A program made the position numbers and the translations under genes. A stretch of 64,000 bases of DNA, taken from positions 451,736 through 515,735 of the forward strand of contig CAVWAQ010000001.1 in assembly GCA_963753065.1 (NCBI GenBank), in the 5' to 3' direction. This document shows, piece after piece, positions 1 through 9,006 of this stretch. Below the pieces are notes generated by a model, which did no database searches, was not told the DNA's origin, and saw only the letters and a list, made by a program, of their open reading frames with translations. How positions within the stretch are numbered: position 1 is the stretch's first letter; each line of letters opens with the position of its first letter. This DNA is from Candidatus Bathyarchaeota archaeon. GTDB lineage: Archaea; Thermoproteota; Bathyarchaeia; 40CM-2-53-6.

Positions 1-163
1 GTGCATCAGAAGTTGCGCGAGTGTCATCGCACAGAAGCGGCCGTCGAAGTGTGCTTTCACCTTGAGCCAAGGCCGAGCAAAATAGCGCCCTGTGCGTGTA
101 ACTCTTTGATGGTGGGGCTTGCAGCGAGCCGTTGAGGTTACTTCGGCCGACCGTGATTCTCAA
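1..163 (-). CDS. aroA: 3-phosphoshikimate 1-carboxyvinyltransferase (EPSP synthase), 5' part only; gene continues beyond window start
   Basis: Minus-strand translation from TTG at 163 reads (M)[53 protein letters not shown]. This is the typical EPSPS N-terminus with P-x-SKS-x3-R. It lies directly downstream of aroK in the same operon. Confidence 0.75.
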   Translation of the reverse strand, partial: MRITVGRSNLNGSLQAPPSKSYTHRALFCSALAQGESTLRRPLLCDDTRATSDA

Positions 164-176
164 TGATTTCGAAACC

Positions 177-1046
177 TCAGTGTCCCTTGGTCGGCTTCGA
201 AAGCGATGGTTGGTTTCTCGTCTTCGAAACGATCACGTCGCCCTCGTGTCGTTTCAGCACATCCAGTACAGGATCTTTGAATCGCTCTTCCACGACGAAT
301 GCGTAGGCTGGGCCTTTTCCCGAGATCCCAGCGGCCAATGCGCCAGCTCCCAAGCTCTCCACGATCACGTCTGCCGGGAGTCTCAGGACATGCGAATAGA
401 TCAAGCCGTTGAGGGTCATTGCGTTCCAATACTTTCCTGCCAGGGCTTGTTCGTGGGCAATCTCAACCTGTTTCGCGACTGCCTTGATTCGTCTCAGATC
501 AGCATCGGCCGTGTAGGCCTTTTCGGGCGGAACCAGAAGCAGGACATGATGATCTTCGACTGGGAATGCTCGCAACACCCTCCGAGCCATATTGTCAGTC
601 ACGACAACGTTTCCATATAGCGAGGCAGCGGCGTCATCGAATGCGCCGGTCACGCTGACCTTTGCTTGTAGGCTTGCGTCTACAACCAGGTTCAGGATAT
701 CGCTGGGCTTCAAGTGCTTCTGCAGTGCGGCCAGTGTGGCGAGAACGATTGCGTTGCCAGCTACGCTGCTGCTCTTCAGGCCTCTCGCGATTGGGATGTT
801 TGAGTTTGTCTCCACTTTGGCCCCTAGCTTGCTTTTTCCGAAATATCCGAACACTGCTCGAACGCATCTCTCGGCGAGCAATGTGCTCTCTTCCTCATCG
901 TCAAGAATGCGTGTCTCGATGGCTCCGTCGTCAGTCAGCTTCACTCTAGCTTTGGTCCACAGGTCGATCCCAAAGGCAGCCCCTTTACCGGTCGCAATCG
1001 CGTTTACTATTGTGACAGCTCCGTATGCCGATGCTTCTGCACTCAT
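177..1046 (-). CDS. aroK: shikimate kinase, archaeal GHMP-kinase type
   Basis: 289-aa ORF with GHMP-kinase motif [15 protein letters not shown]. The N-terminus [23 protein letters not shown] is typical of archaeal shikimate kinases. Sits between aroE and aroA. Confidence 0.85.
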   Translation of the reverse strand: MSAEASAYGAVTIVNAIATGKGAAFGIDLWTKARVKLTDDGAIETRILDDEEESTLLAERCVRAVFGYFGKSKLGAKVETNSNIPIARGLKSSSVAGNAIVLATLAALQKHLKPSDILNLVVDASLQAKVSVTGAFDDAAASLYGNVVVTDNMARRVLRAFPVEDHHVLLLVPPEKAYTADADLRRIKAVAKQVEIAHEQALAGKYWNAMTLNGLIYSHVLRLPADVIVESLGAGALAAGISGKGPAYAFVVEERFKDPVLDVLKRHEGDVIVSKTRNQPSLSKPTKGH

Positions 1047-1051
1047 GCAGT

Positions 1052-1945
1052 CTATCCTCCCCTTGCTTCTTCGGCTGCTGCACGCATGATGTCAATTGGG
1101 GGATCTCGACCGGTCCAGAGCTTGAAGGAAAGAGCTGCTTGACGTACTAGCATCTCCAGACCGTCAGTGACTATTGCTCCTGCGTGCTCCGCATCAACGA
1201 GGAAATCACTGTCATGACTATAGTTGGCATCGAAGACGATCATCCCGGGCCGGATGAGTCCTTCATGTATCAGTGTCGCTCCGAAACGAGGAAAGACATC
1301 GACAGGTAACGTGTTGACTACTAGGTCTGCTTTGGGGACTTCTTTGCACAGGTCTGCTTTGCTGAGGCCGCACGCACGACACTTGCCATTACTCCGCCTC
1401 ACGATCTCTGCAGAAAGTCTTGACCCCTTAGCGCGCGTGCGGTTGAGAATGGAGATACTCAGAACAGTCCTGGAGAGACAATGTGTTATGGCCCGGGCGG
1501 CACCTCCCGCCCCGAGAATCACGACTCTCTTGTCAGACAGGGATCGCCCTATTTTCTGTAGAACGTCTAGAGCGGCCTGACCATCAGTGTTGTAACCTCG
1601 AAGAGTGCCGTCAGCATTGGCTATGGTGTTCACGGCTCCGATCTCACGAGCGTCCCTCTCGATCCTGTCTAGGAAACGCATTACACTGGTCTTGTGCGGG
1701 CGCGTCACATTGACGCCCAGTATCCCGAGAGCCCTGAATCCCTTCATCGCGCGTGCGAGTTCATCCCTTCTAACCCGAAAAGCAACGTACACAAGATCCA
1801 TGCCTAACGATCTGAAGGCTGCATTATGAATCGGCGGAGAAATCGAGTGCTCAATAGGATCGCCAATGATCGCGCAAACCTTCGTTCCCCCACTGATCTT
1901 GTGCAGGCCAGTGATTGCAGCTGATGAACCGAGAGGCTCGTTCAA
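1052..1945 (-). CDS. aroE: shikimate dehydrogenase
   Basis: 297-aa ORF with GDPIEHSISPPIHNAAF, NTDG and the Rossmann motif GAGGAARA. Operon context supports the call. Confidence 0.9.
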   Translation of the reverse strand: MNEPLGSSAAITGLHKISGGTKVCAIIGDPIEHSISPPIHNAAFRSLGMDLVYVAFRVRRDELARAMKGFRALGILGVNVTRPHKTSVMRFLDRIERDAREIGAVNTIANADGTLRGYNTDGQAALDVLQKIGRSLSDKRVVILGAGGAARAITHCLSRTVLSISILNRTRAKGSRLSAEIVRRSNGKCRACGLSKADLCKEVPKADLVVNTLPVDVFPRFGATLIHEGLIRPGMIVFDANYSHDSDFLVDAEHAGAIVTDGLEMLVRQAALSFKLWTGRDPPIDIMRAAAEEARGG

Positions 1946-2630
1946 GCGACTCCGAGCTCCTCGTAGAGAGTTTGCATCTCATCGATCGGGATCTGTCCCG
2001 CCGCAGTCTCTCGTCCAGTGCAAAACGAGGCAAATGTGAAGTAACTTCCGAGTATGGGAGACAGAATCCTCGAAGAGATTCCGAGCCTTCCCATGGAAAA
2101 GCAAACAAGCTTAGTTCTTCTTGCGTGCTTGTCGACAAATCTCAAACATCGCAGGCTGTCGCTGTAGCTCTTGGCGGTGCCAACTATCTTGCAGACATCC
2201 GCGCCCTACCCGTTTCTCATTCACGAGGATGGACTCGAGTCCCTCCTTCGTGGGAGTGATCTTCTCACTATGGTACGAAACAATCACTTTCGCTCCGTGC
2301 CGCTTCATTTGACGAACCACTCGTGCGGGCGTCTTTCGTTTTCAGTTCTACATCGATGTAGTCGAAATCTTCTCGGGCCGCCTGCATTAACGTCTCCAAT
2401 CTCGCCCTTTCCGTTCCACGGAATAGGCCGCCTTGTGCTTTGCTTCGGTTCGTAGCGATCAATGGGCGCGCCGTGGCGGTCCTTATCTCGGATAGTGATG
2501 ATGGCGATCTCATCGCATCAAATCGTATTTCGATGAAATCTGGGTCATGACGTTCCAGTAACCGAAGCGATCTGACTACTTTGCTGACGTTTCTTTCCAT
2601 CACTGGGACACAAATCTTGGGCCGCATCAA
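1942..2630 (-). pseudogene. aroD: 3-dehydroquinate dehydratase type I, interrupted by two +1 frame breaks
   Basis: The sequence is spread over three overlapping minus ORFs. ORF 2268-2630 carries KICVPV..FIEIRFD..YIDVELK. ORF 2111-2320 carries GAKVIVSYHSEKITP. ORF 1942-2145 carries KLVCFSMGRLGISSRILSPILGSYFTFAS, and its upstream extension reads GADVCKIVGTAKS. The junctions lie near 2318-2333 and 2199-2210. Confidence 0.8.
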
Positions 2631-3734
2631 ACCTTCTCCTCCTTGGAAGTAGTCAGGTCCCTCACAACTCGAAGAACAGCATCGAGCGGGACCTCGTCAG
2701 TGAGAAAAACCTCGCCTATGGTCTTCGGAAGTATCCATCTAATGCGCCCGGCTAGTCTCTTCTTGTCTCTAGTCAATTGGCGGACGATATCTCTTCGGGT
2801 CGATGAAACGATCAATCCGGGTCGGAAGGCCCGCTGCGCCGATCAGGCGCTCTTGCTTCTCAGCTGTGGTTTGGTCAATCGCGCCGATTTCATGAGAGAC
2901 TCTCGCAGCCACGATCATGCCGAGCGCTACTGCCTCGCCGTGCGTGTATTGGGTGTAGTTGCTTAGCGTTTCCAATGCGTGTCCAGCAGTGTGGCCGTAG
3001 TTCAGAATCGATCTGACGCCGTGGTCCTTCTCGTCTTGCTTCACGATCCGAGCTTTGGCCGAGCAGCATCGAGAGATGATCTCGATCAATGTGTCACTGG
3101 AAGCTTCCGAAAACGAACGTATCTTCTCTTCGAGAATGTGGAAGAGTCCCTGATCGGCGACAACTGCGTACTTTATGACCTCAGCCAGACCAGAGCGCAG
3201 TTCCCTTTCCGGGAGGGTCTTCAGGGTTGAGACGTCTGTCCAGACGAGGGTCGGCTGATAGAAGGCCCCTACAAGATTCTTGCCACTTGGTAGGTTGACG
3301 CCCGTCTTTCCTCCGATGCTGCTGTCTACCTGTGCAAGCAGCGTTGTTGGCACTTGGACAAACGGCACTCCGCGCATGAATGTGGCCGCCGCGAATCCCG
3401 CAACGTCACCAACGACTCCCCCGCCGACAGCGATTATGCCGGAGTTCCGATCAAACTCGTTCTGCACGAGTTTGTCGTAGAGCGACATTACTGTCTGGAT
3501 CGACTTCGACTGCTCATCGTCATTCATGTGAGCGACACAGACATCGAAACCACTTGCAGCCAACGAATCTTGAACCGTTTTGCCGTAAAGAGGCCAAAGT
3601 CGCGTGCTTGTAACGACCATCTCTTTCGGCCCGAGTCCAAGCCTCGTGACGGCGTCTCCAAGGGCGCTCAGAATCCCATGTCCTATCATGATATCGTAGG
3701 AGTCTTCGCCGAGAGATACCGGGACTTTCTTCAC
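2627..3734 (-). pseudogene. aroB: 3-dehydroquinate synthase with C-terminal ~60 aa displaced into the +1 frame
   Basis: ORF 2769-3734 (321 aa) carries GGGVVGDVAGFAAATFMRG, NYGHTAGHA and HGEAVALGM. The expected C-terminus (TRDKKRLAGRIRWILPKTIGEVFLTDEVP) is encoded by ORF 2627-2815. The junction lies near 2784-2801. Confidence 0.8.
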
Positions 3735-3747
3735 GCGTGGACTCCAC

Positions 3748-4765
3748 CTAGCGTATTCTACGGCCGACAGCTTTGGCTACGGATTCAAGCTCATGCATCA
3801 GGACAGCAAATTCTGCCAAGTCGAGTTGTTGCTGCGAATCCGAAAGAGCAAGCTCGGGCGTCGGGTGCGTTTCAATCATTAGACCATCCGTTCCTGCAGC
3901 GACAGCTGCCTTAGCCATCGGTGCAATGAGCTCTCTGCTTCCGGTGGCATGGCTTGGGTCAACAACGATGGGGAGATGCGTCGCTTTCCTCAGGACGGGC
4001 ACGGCTGCTAGATCCAACGTGTTTCTGGTTGCTGTCTCAAATGTCCGAATGCCCCGTTCACAGAGAACGACATTCTGGTTGCCTTCCAGGAGGATGTACT
4101 CTGCAGCCTGGAGCCATTCATCAATCGTCGTCATCATTCCGCGTTTTAGGATGACGGGTCTTTCTCGATTTTCCGACAGCTCTGAGCAGCGCGAAGTTCT
4201 GCACGTTTCGTGCTCCGATCTGGAGCATGTCAGAATACTTGGCGACGAGATCTACTTTCTCAGGCTCGAGAACCTCTGTAACAACCGGGAGACCGGTTTC
4301 TTCGCGCGCTTCTGCCAGCAACTTCAGGCCTGCTTCTCCGAGTCCTTGAAAGTCGTACGGGGAGGTTCGTGGTTTGAAGACTCCTCCGCGGAGCATAGAA
4401 GCACCGTTTTTCTTAGCGGCACGTGCAGCCTCTAGCAGCTGTTCTCGTCCTTCGACTGAACATGGCCCTGCGATGACTACGATCTTCTCAGCTCCAAAAC
4501 GAGCTTTTCCAACTTCAACTACTGAAGTTTCATTCTGGAATTCCCTGCTGGCCAGCTGAGCCTTTGACGAGGAGACAACAATTCTCTCAACTAAGCCTGT
4601 TTCCTTGAGTTGGTTCATGTCGGTTGAAGCTGGATTTCGCTGGGTAACAAGCAGTGTCTTTGTTCCCCAAGCCACAGGCCTCGCATCAATCTGTCTCCTG
4701 CTTAGGAAATCAACCGCTTGCGCGACTCCTTGACCGCTCGCCGGCTTTCGAACTACCACTATCAA
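3748..4765 (-). pseudogene. aroF: DAHP synthase (class I-beta with N-terminal regulatory extension), one +1 frame break
   Basis: ORF 4121-4765 carries [25 protein letters not shown] and LQIGARN. ORF 3748-4137 carries [13 protein letters not shown] and LMIETHP. The two are collinear. Skipping one nt near 4151-4165 restores [20 protein letters not shown]. Confidence 0.8.
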
Positions 4766-4784
4766 ATGATCTCTATCCCCGACA

Positions 4785-5723
4785 CTAGTCCAGGCTATCC
4801 TTCAGCTTCATGACTCTCTTCGCGGCACCTGAAATGTGATTAGCGGTGAGTCCATGAATCTCCATGAGTTCGCGCATTTCCCCGGACTCTCCAAACCTGT
4901 CATGGATTCCAACCATTTCGATTGGAACAGGCTTGTCTCGGCACGTTATTTCTGCAACAGTACTGCCTAGCCCACCCAAGATGTTGTGATCTTCGACGGT
5001 GACGATTGCCCCCGTTCTTCTGGCAATATCAGCAACTGCTGACGCGTCCGCAGGTTTGACCGTGTGCATATCGATTATCGAGGCTCTGATCCCGTCTTTC
5101 TGTAATAGTGATCCGGCCTCAATTGCTTCCTGGAGGAGGAACCCTGCGGCTACGATTCCAACGTCTGACCCGTCGCTGATGGGCCTCGCTTTCCCGATCT
5201 GGAATTCGTCGGTGTCATCGAAGATTCGCGGGATTTCGCCTCTCCCAAGTCTGATGTAGAATGGTCCGACGCCTTCTACGGCTGAGCGTACGGTGTGTCT
5301 CATCTCTGAGAGGTCAGCGGGAAGTACTAGTGTCATTCGAGGGATAGTTCGGATGAGTGCGATGTCCTCGAAGCACTGATGCGAGGAACCGTCAGCGGAC
5401 GGGGATATGCCTGAGTGTGTGGCGATCATCTTGACGTTTAGGTCGTCGCGAGCGACGGTGTTCCTGATTTGTTCCCAGGCCCGCCCGGCCAGAAACACCG
5501 CATAGGTGCTGACGACAGGTATCTTTCCAGCTGATGCAAGTCCCGCGGCAGTCCCAACGATGTCCTGCTCGCTGATTCCAAGATTGAAGTAGCGCTCTGC
5601 GAATGCCTCGAAGGCGCTTACCCCTGTGGACTTTCCGAGATCCCCGGTGATCACAACGAGGTTCTTGTATTCCTTGCCGAGTTCGACAAGGACTCTTCCA
5701 AGTTCTTTTCTTAATGAGGGCAA
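4785..5723 (-). CDS. transketolase, C-terminal subunit (pyrimidine-binding plus C-terminal domains)
   Basis: 312-aa ORF with [18 protein letters not shown] and [15 protein letters not shown]. It pairs with the N-terminal subunit gene immediately upstream. Confidence 0.9.
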   Translation of the reverse strand: MPSLRKELGRVLVELGKEYKNLVVITGDLGKSTGVSAFEAFAERYFNLGISEQDIVGTAAGLASAGKIPVVSTYAVFLAGRAWEQIRNTVARDDLNVKMIATHSGISPSADGSSHQCFEDIALIRTIPRMTLVLPADLSEMRHTVRSAVEGVGPFYIRLGRGEIPRIFDDTDEFQIGKARPISDGSDVGIVAAGFLLQEAIEAGSLLQKDGIRASIIDMHTVKPADASAVADIARRTGAIVTVEDHNILGGLGSTVAEITCRDKPVPIEMVGIHDRFGESGEMRELMEIHGLTANHISGAAKRVMKLKDSLD

Positions 5724-5753
5724 TGTGAAACCCCATGAACTGCATTGATTTCG

Positions 5754-6695
5754 TTACGTGTCAGGTTCTGGCTGACGTAACTCGTCCATAGCCCAGTCTA
5801 GATCCTCTTCAGTGAAGGAGATGTTGTGCGAGTTCGCGTCGCCTTCAAGGAAGGATAGGCCCTTGCCCTTGACGGTTCGCGCTATTATCACAGTCGGGCG
5901 GTCAGTAGTCCATTCAGCGACGTCGAAGGAATGATGGATCTGCATGAAATTGTGGCCATCAATCTCAAGAACTTGCCAGCCAAACGATCGCCATTTTCGA
6001 TCCAGAGGCTCTTTCTTCTTGATCCTCTCCGTAGCATCGTCGGACTGGACGCCGTTTCGGTCAATGATTACTGTAACGTTCGAAAGACCGAGATGGCTCG
6101 CCGTCATAGCCGCTTCCCAGATCTGGCCTTCGTCACACTCTCCGTCCCCAATGAGGGCGAACACCCGGTACTTCTTCCCATCGAGCCTTGCGGCAAGAGC
6201 CATTCCGTTGGCGACCGACAGACCCTGACCTAGCGATCCCGTCGAGGTATCGACTCCCGGAGTCACCCGCGTAGGATGCCCCTGCAATATGCTCCCGGTT
6301 TTACGAAGGGAAAGAAGTATCCCTTGATCGAAGTACCTTGCATGCGCCAGTGTTGCGTATAGCGTTGGGGCCGCATGGCCTTTGCAGAGCACCAATCTAT
6401 CCCGATCTGGCCAGTTCGGATCTTCAGCCCTATGATTCATCCGGTCAAAGTACAGCGACACTAGGATCTCTACGCAGGATAGGGAAGGCCCTAGATGTCC
6501 AGTCTTGGCACTCTGAATCATCGCGACAACATCGCGTCTGATCTGCTGAGCAATCTCAGCTAGAGATTGAAGTTCGTCCTTCGAGACTTCGAGGCTTGCA
6601 GACAATCCATTTTGTTTAGTATCTCTCACATAACCACCTTCGCAGCTCGTCCAATTGGGGTTGGGCGGGCTAGTATCGATAATAATAGAAGACAA
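5754..6695 (-). CDS. transketolase, N-terminal (thiamine-diphosphate-binding) subunit
   Basis: 313-aa ORF with GHLGPSLS, GDGECDEGQIWEA and GSLGQGLS. The first ~40 aa are not family-like, so the true start may lie downstream. Confidence 0.88.
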   Translation of the reverse strand: MSSIIIDTSPPNPNWTSCEGGYVRDTKQNGLSASLEVSKDELQSLAEIAQQIRRDVVAMIQSAKTGHLGPSLSCVEILVSLYFDRMNHRAEDPNWPDRDRLVLCKGHAAPTLYATLAHARYFDQGILLSLRKTGSILQGHPTRVTPGVDTSTGSLGQGLSVANGMALAARLDGKKYRVFALIGDGECDEGQIWEAAMTASHLGLSNVTVIIDRNGVQSDDATERIKKKEPLDRKWRSFGWQVLEIDGHNFMQIHHSFDVAEWTTDRPTVIIARTVKGKGLSFLEGDANSHNISFTEEDLDWAMDELRQPEPDT

Positions 6696-6913
6696 AGCTC
6701 ACTACACGCGCAAAGAATGCAGACGCCGCATCTGTTCGCATGAGCTACGCCTTCAGTTTGAAGTTGTCCGCATAGACGGATGTTTACGTACTTAAGGCTA
6801 AGTATCGCAGTTCGACATGTGGCGTTCGACGAGTACTGTTTCGTGCACATTCTCGAACGGGCTGCTACAGTTTATGAACAGGAATCCCCTACCTCGCGCC
6901 AAGTCGATCAGCG

Positions 6914-7471
6914 TTGGCGTGGATCAAAGCAATTCCTGAGGACAAAGCAACCGGTGACCTGAAGCGCACGTACGAAGAGGTGTCGCGAACGCGCGGCAAG
7001 ATCTCAAACATCATGCGTGCCCAAAGCCTCAACCCCAATGCGCTGAGATCCTTTCTTGAACTCTACGTGAGCTTGATGTACGGGAAGTCAGGGTTGACCC
7101 GAGCTGAACGGGAGATGATTGCGACAGCCATCTCCGCGCATAATCGATGCGACTACTGTGTATCACACCATGGCGAGGCCTTGAGGTTCTACTTGAAGAA
7201 CGGTGAACAATTGGGTGTTCTCAAGCAGGGTCAATTGCCCGATAGCGTCGACGAGAGAAGCAAGATTCTGGTTGACTATGCGCTGAAGCTGAGCCTACAA
7301 CCTGGTGCTGTAGCCAAAGGTGATCTGGAGAATCTGCGAAGGATCGGAATCAGCGACTCTGAGATTCTTGATCTGGTCCTACTCACAGCATACATGAACT
7401 ACGTGAACCGGGTAGCCCAAGGGTTGGGCGTCGAGCACGACGAGCAAGAAGCTCGAGGATACAAGTACTAG
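6914..7471 (+). CDS. carboxymuconolactone decarboxylase / AhpD-like peroxidase-related protein
   Basis: 185-aa ORF with a TTG start. It has the CMD-family core with the redox motif CDYCVSHH. Confidence 0.75.
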   Translation: MAWIKAIPEDKATGDLKRTYEEVSRTRGKISNIMRAQSLNPNALRSFLELYVSLMYGKSGLTRAEREMIATAISAHNRCDYCVSHHGEALRFYLKNGEQLGVLKQGQLPDSVDERSKILVDYALKLSLQPGAVAKGDLENLRRIGISDSEILDLVLLTAYMNYVNRVAQGLGVEHDEQEARGYKY

Positions 7472-7669
7472 GCTGCAAACCCCTTTTCAAATTCGATCAT
7501 TTTGATCAACGGCCTCGTGCGGCGCGAAGCTCTTGTGGAAATGATTGCGGGGGTGTACAGTGGCGCCGTCTATACCCATTTCAGGTCATTACAGAATCTC
7601 GTTGCCGAGGCAAACTCTTCGAAGCACTCGGAAAAGTTTAGGTAGGCTCGTTGTTTCTTGCTCTAGGAC

Positions 7670-7804
7670 GGGCCCGTAGCTCAGTCAGATCCTGCGACTC
7701 AGGGTCCTGAAGAGGTAGAGCACCGGAGAAGTGTATTCGGTGAAGCTTTTACCTGTACGGAGGAGACCCGGGGGTCCCGGGTTCAATTCCCGGCGGGCCC
7801 GCCA
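7670..7804 (+). tRNA. intron-containing tRNA, tentatively tRNA-Lys(UUU), with encoded CCA
   Basis: Structural elements seen: acceptor GGGCCCG/CGGGCCC, D stem GCTC/GAGC, T arm CCGGG-TTCAATT-CCCGG, discriminator G, then CCA. At 135 nt it is about 57 nt longer than a mature tRNA. Removing about 7689-7713 (D loop), 7727-7744 and 7752-7765 yields the anticodon arm CCGGG-CTTTTAA-CCCGG. The splice junctions are tentative. Confidence 0.85.
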
Positions 7805-8200
7805 CATTCCATGAATCGTGCTGTCCTCTCTTTTCCATCACTTATGGCAAGCCAAACCGGGGCTATTGCGGAGGTGGTCGGCATTCCAGGTTATCCTAGT
7901 GACGAACCCGAGATCCCCAGTTTCTCGCATAATTTATGCGGGGAGACACGACACAAAATGGCTCAAAACGAAGCGATCCTGTGGGTTGACGTTCCTGTCT
8001 CTCCTTCGATCCCTCGAAGTTCTCAACAGGACTGAGCTTTGTGAGAGGTAGAGCTGCCCAAAGCTAGCATATTGTTCATCTCCAGATGCCTCGAAGCAGC
8101 AGTCGGCAATAATTCACCGCCTTTGTTCATGTGTATGTATTGCGTTAGGGTCAAATCCCGTGATGGCTCTGCGAGCAGAGACAGAAGAGGGCGTAGACAG

Positions 8201-8992
8201 ATGATCATACCCAGATCTCACATCTCGGCAGTCGAGTTGTCAGGTACTATTGGCTCGCAGATTAGGGCGTCGGAGTATGCTCGGATCTTCGATTGGTTGA
8301 GAGACGACAGGCGTGTCAAGTCCGTCCTTCTCATAGTTGATTCCCCTGGAGGCTCCGCAACCGATTCCGGCTACTTGCAATCCTCAGTGGCTAAGCTCGC
8401 AGAAGTGAAGCCGGTTGTTGCTTTCGTTCAAGGCATGGCTGCTTCGGGAGGATACATGGCTTCGAGCGCGGCAACAAAGATCGTTGCGCTTCCCAGCGCT
8501 CTAGTGGGCTCCATCGGAGTGATATCAGTCACACCGATACTGAGCGGTCTGCTCGACAGATTGGGGATAAACGTTGAGGTCGTGAAGAGTGGCAGGCTAA
8601 AGGACATGGGATCGTTCCATCGAGAACCTACCGCTGAAGAGAGAAGAAAGGAACAGGAGCTAAGCGACGAATTCTACGACGACTTCGTTGACAGTGTCGC
8701 TAAGTTCAGACGACTCGAAAGGGACAAAGTCAAGAACCTAGCCACAGGAGAGGTCTTCACCGCAAAGAAAGCACTACAAATGGGGTTAGTAGATGAGCTG
8801 GGCGACCATACGCGAGCGATTGAACTTGCATCACAGCTCGGCGATGTACCTAAACGAGTAGTCTACATCAGGCCAAGGAAAGGATTCCTGGAAAGGCTGT
8901 TTCGAGGATTTGCATCATCAATGGTCGACGAAGTCTCTATGCATCTGGAAGAACAGTTGTTGCGAGAGCTGAGGTTTCAGGTCAGAATGTGA
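8201..8992 (+). CDS. sppA: signal peptide peptidase SppA (36K type, ClpP/crotonase fold serine protease)
   Basis: Contains VDSPGGS, the Ser nucleophile context GMAASGGYMAS and the Lys context KSGRLKDMGS. The ORF opens at 8072, but the family-like sequence begins at the ATG at 8201. Confidence 0.8.
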   Translation: MIIPRSHISAVELSGTIGSQIRASEYARIFDWLRDDRRVKSVLLIVDSPGGSATDSGYLQSSVAKLAEVKPVVAFVQGMAASGGYMASSAATKIVALPSALVGSIGVISVTPILSGLLDRLGINVEVVKSGRLKDMGSFHREPTAEERRKEQELSDEFYDDFVDSVAKFRRLERDKVKNLATGEVFTAKKALQMGLVDELGDHTRAIELASQLGDVPKRVVYIRPRKGFLERLFRGFASSMVDEVSMHLEEQLLRELRFQVRM

Positions 8993-9006
8993 AGAGCAAC
9001 TTTGCG

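Noticed and set aside
592-1089. Long antisense or shadow ORFs overlapping recognised genes. Examples are 592-1089, 3354-3914, 3773-4435, 16555-17004, 18907-19488, 37581-38237, 35600-36100 and 38853-39395.
   Set aside because: Each lies opposite or out of frame to a gene with strong family motifs. They have low-complexity or Arg/Ser/Pro-rich composition typical of non-coding frames.
2627-2815. A 62-aa ORF as an independent small gene between aroB and aroD
   Set aside because: Its sequence (TRDKKRLAGRIRWILPKTIGEVFLTDEVP) is the conserved C-terminus missing from AroB. I treated it as the +1-displaced end of aroB.
8072-8200. Upstream extensions of SppA (8072), UDG (29644), R15P isomerase (61624) and SmAP (30662) given by the ORF track
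   Set aside because: The extra residues are not family-like. Some overlap the preceding gene. Internal ATG or GTG codons coincide with the usual family N-termini.
7805-8200. A possible integrated element next to the tRNA, with the tRNA 3' end duplicated as an att site
   Set aside because: I found no second copy of the tRNA 3' segment (TTCCCGGCGGGCCC) by eye downstream or elsewhere in the window. There is no integrase-like ORF adjacent.
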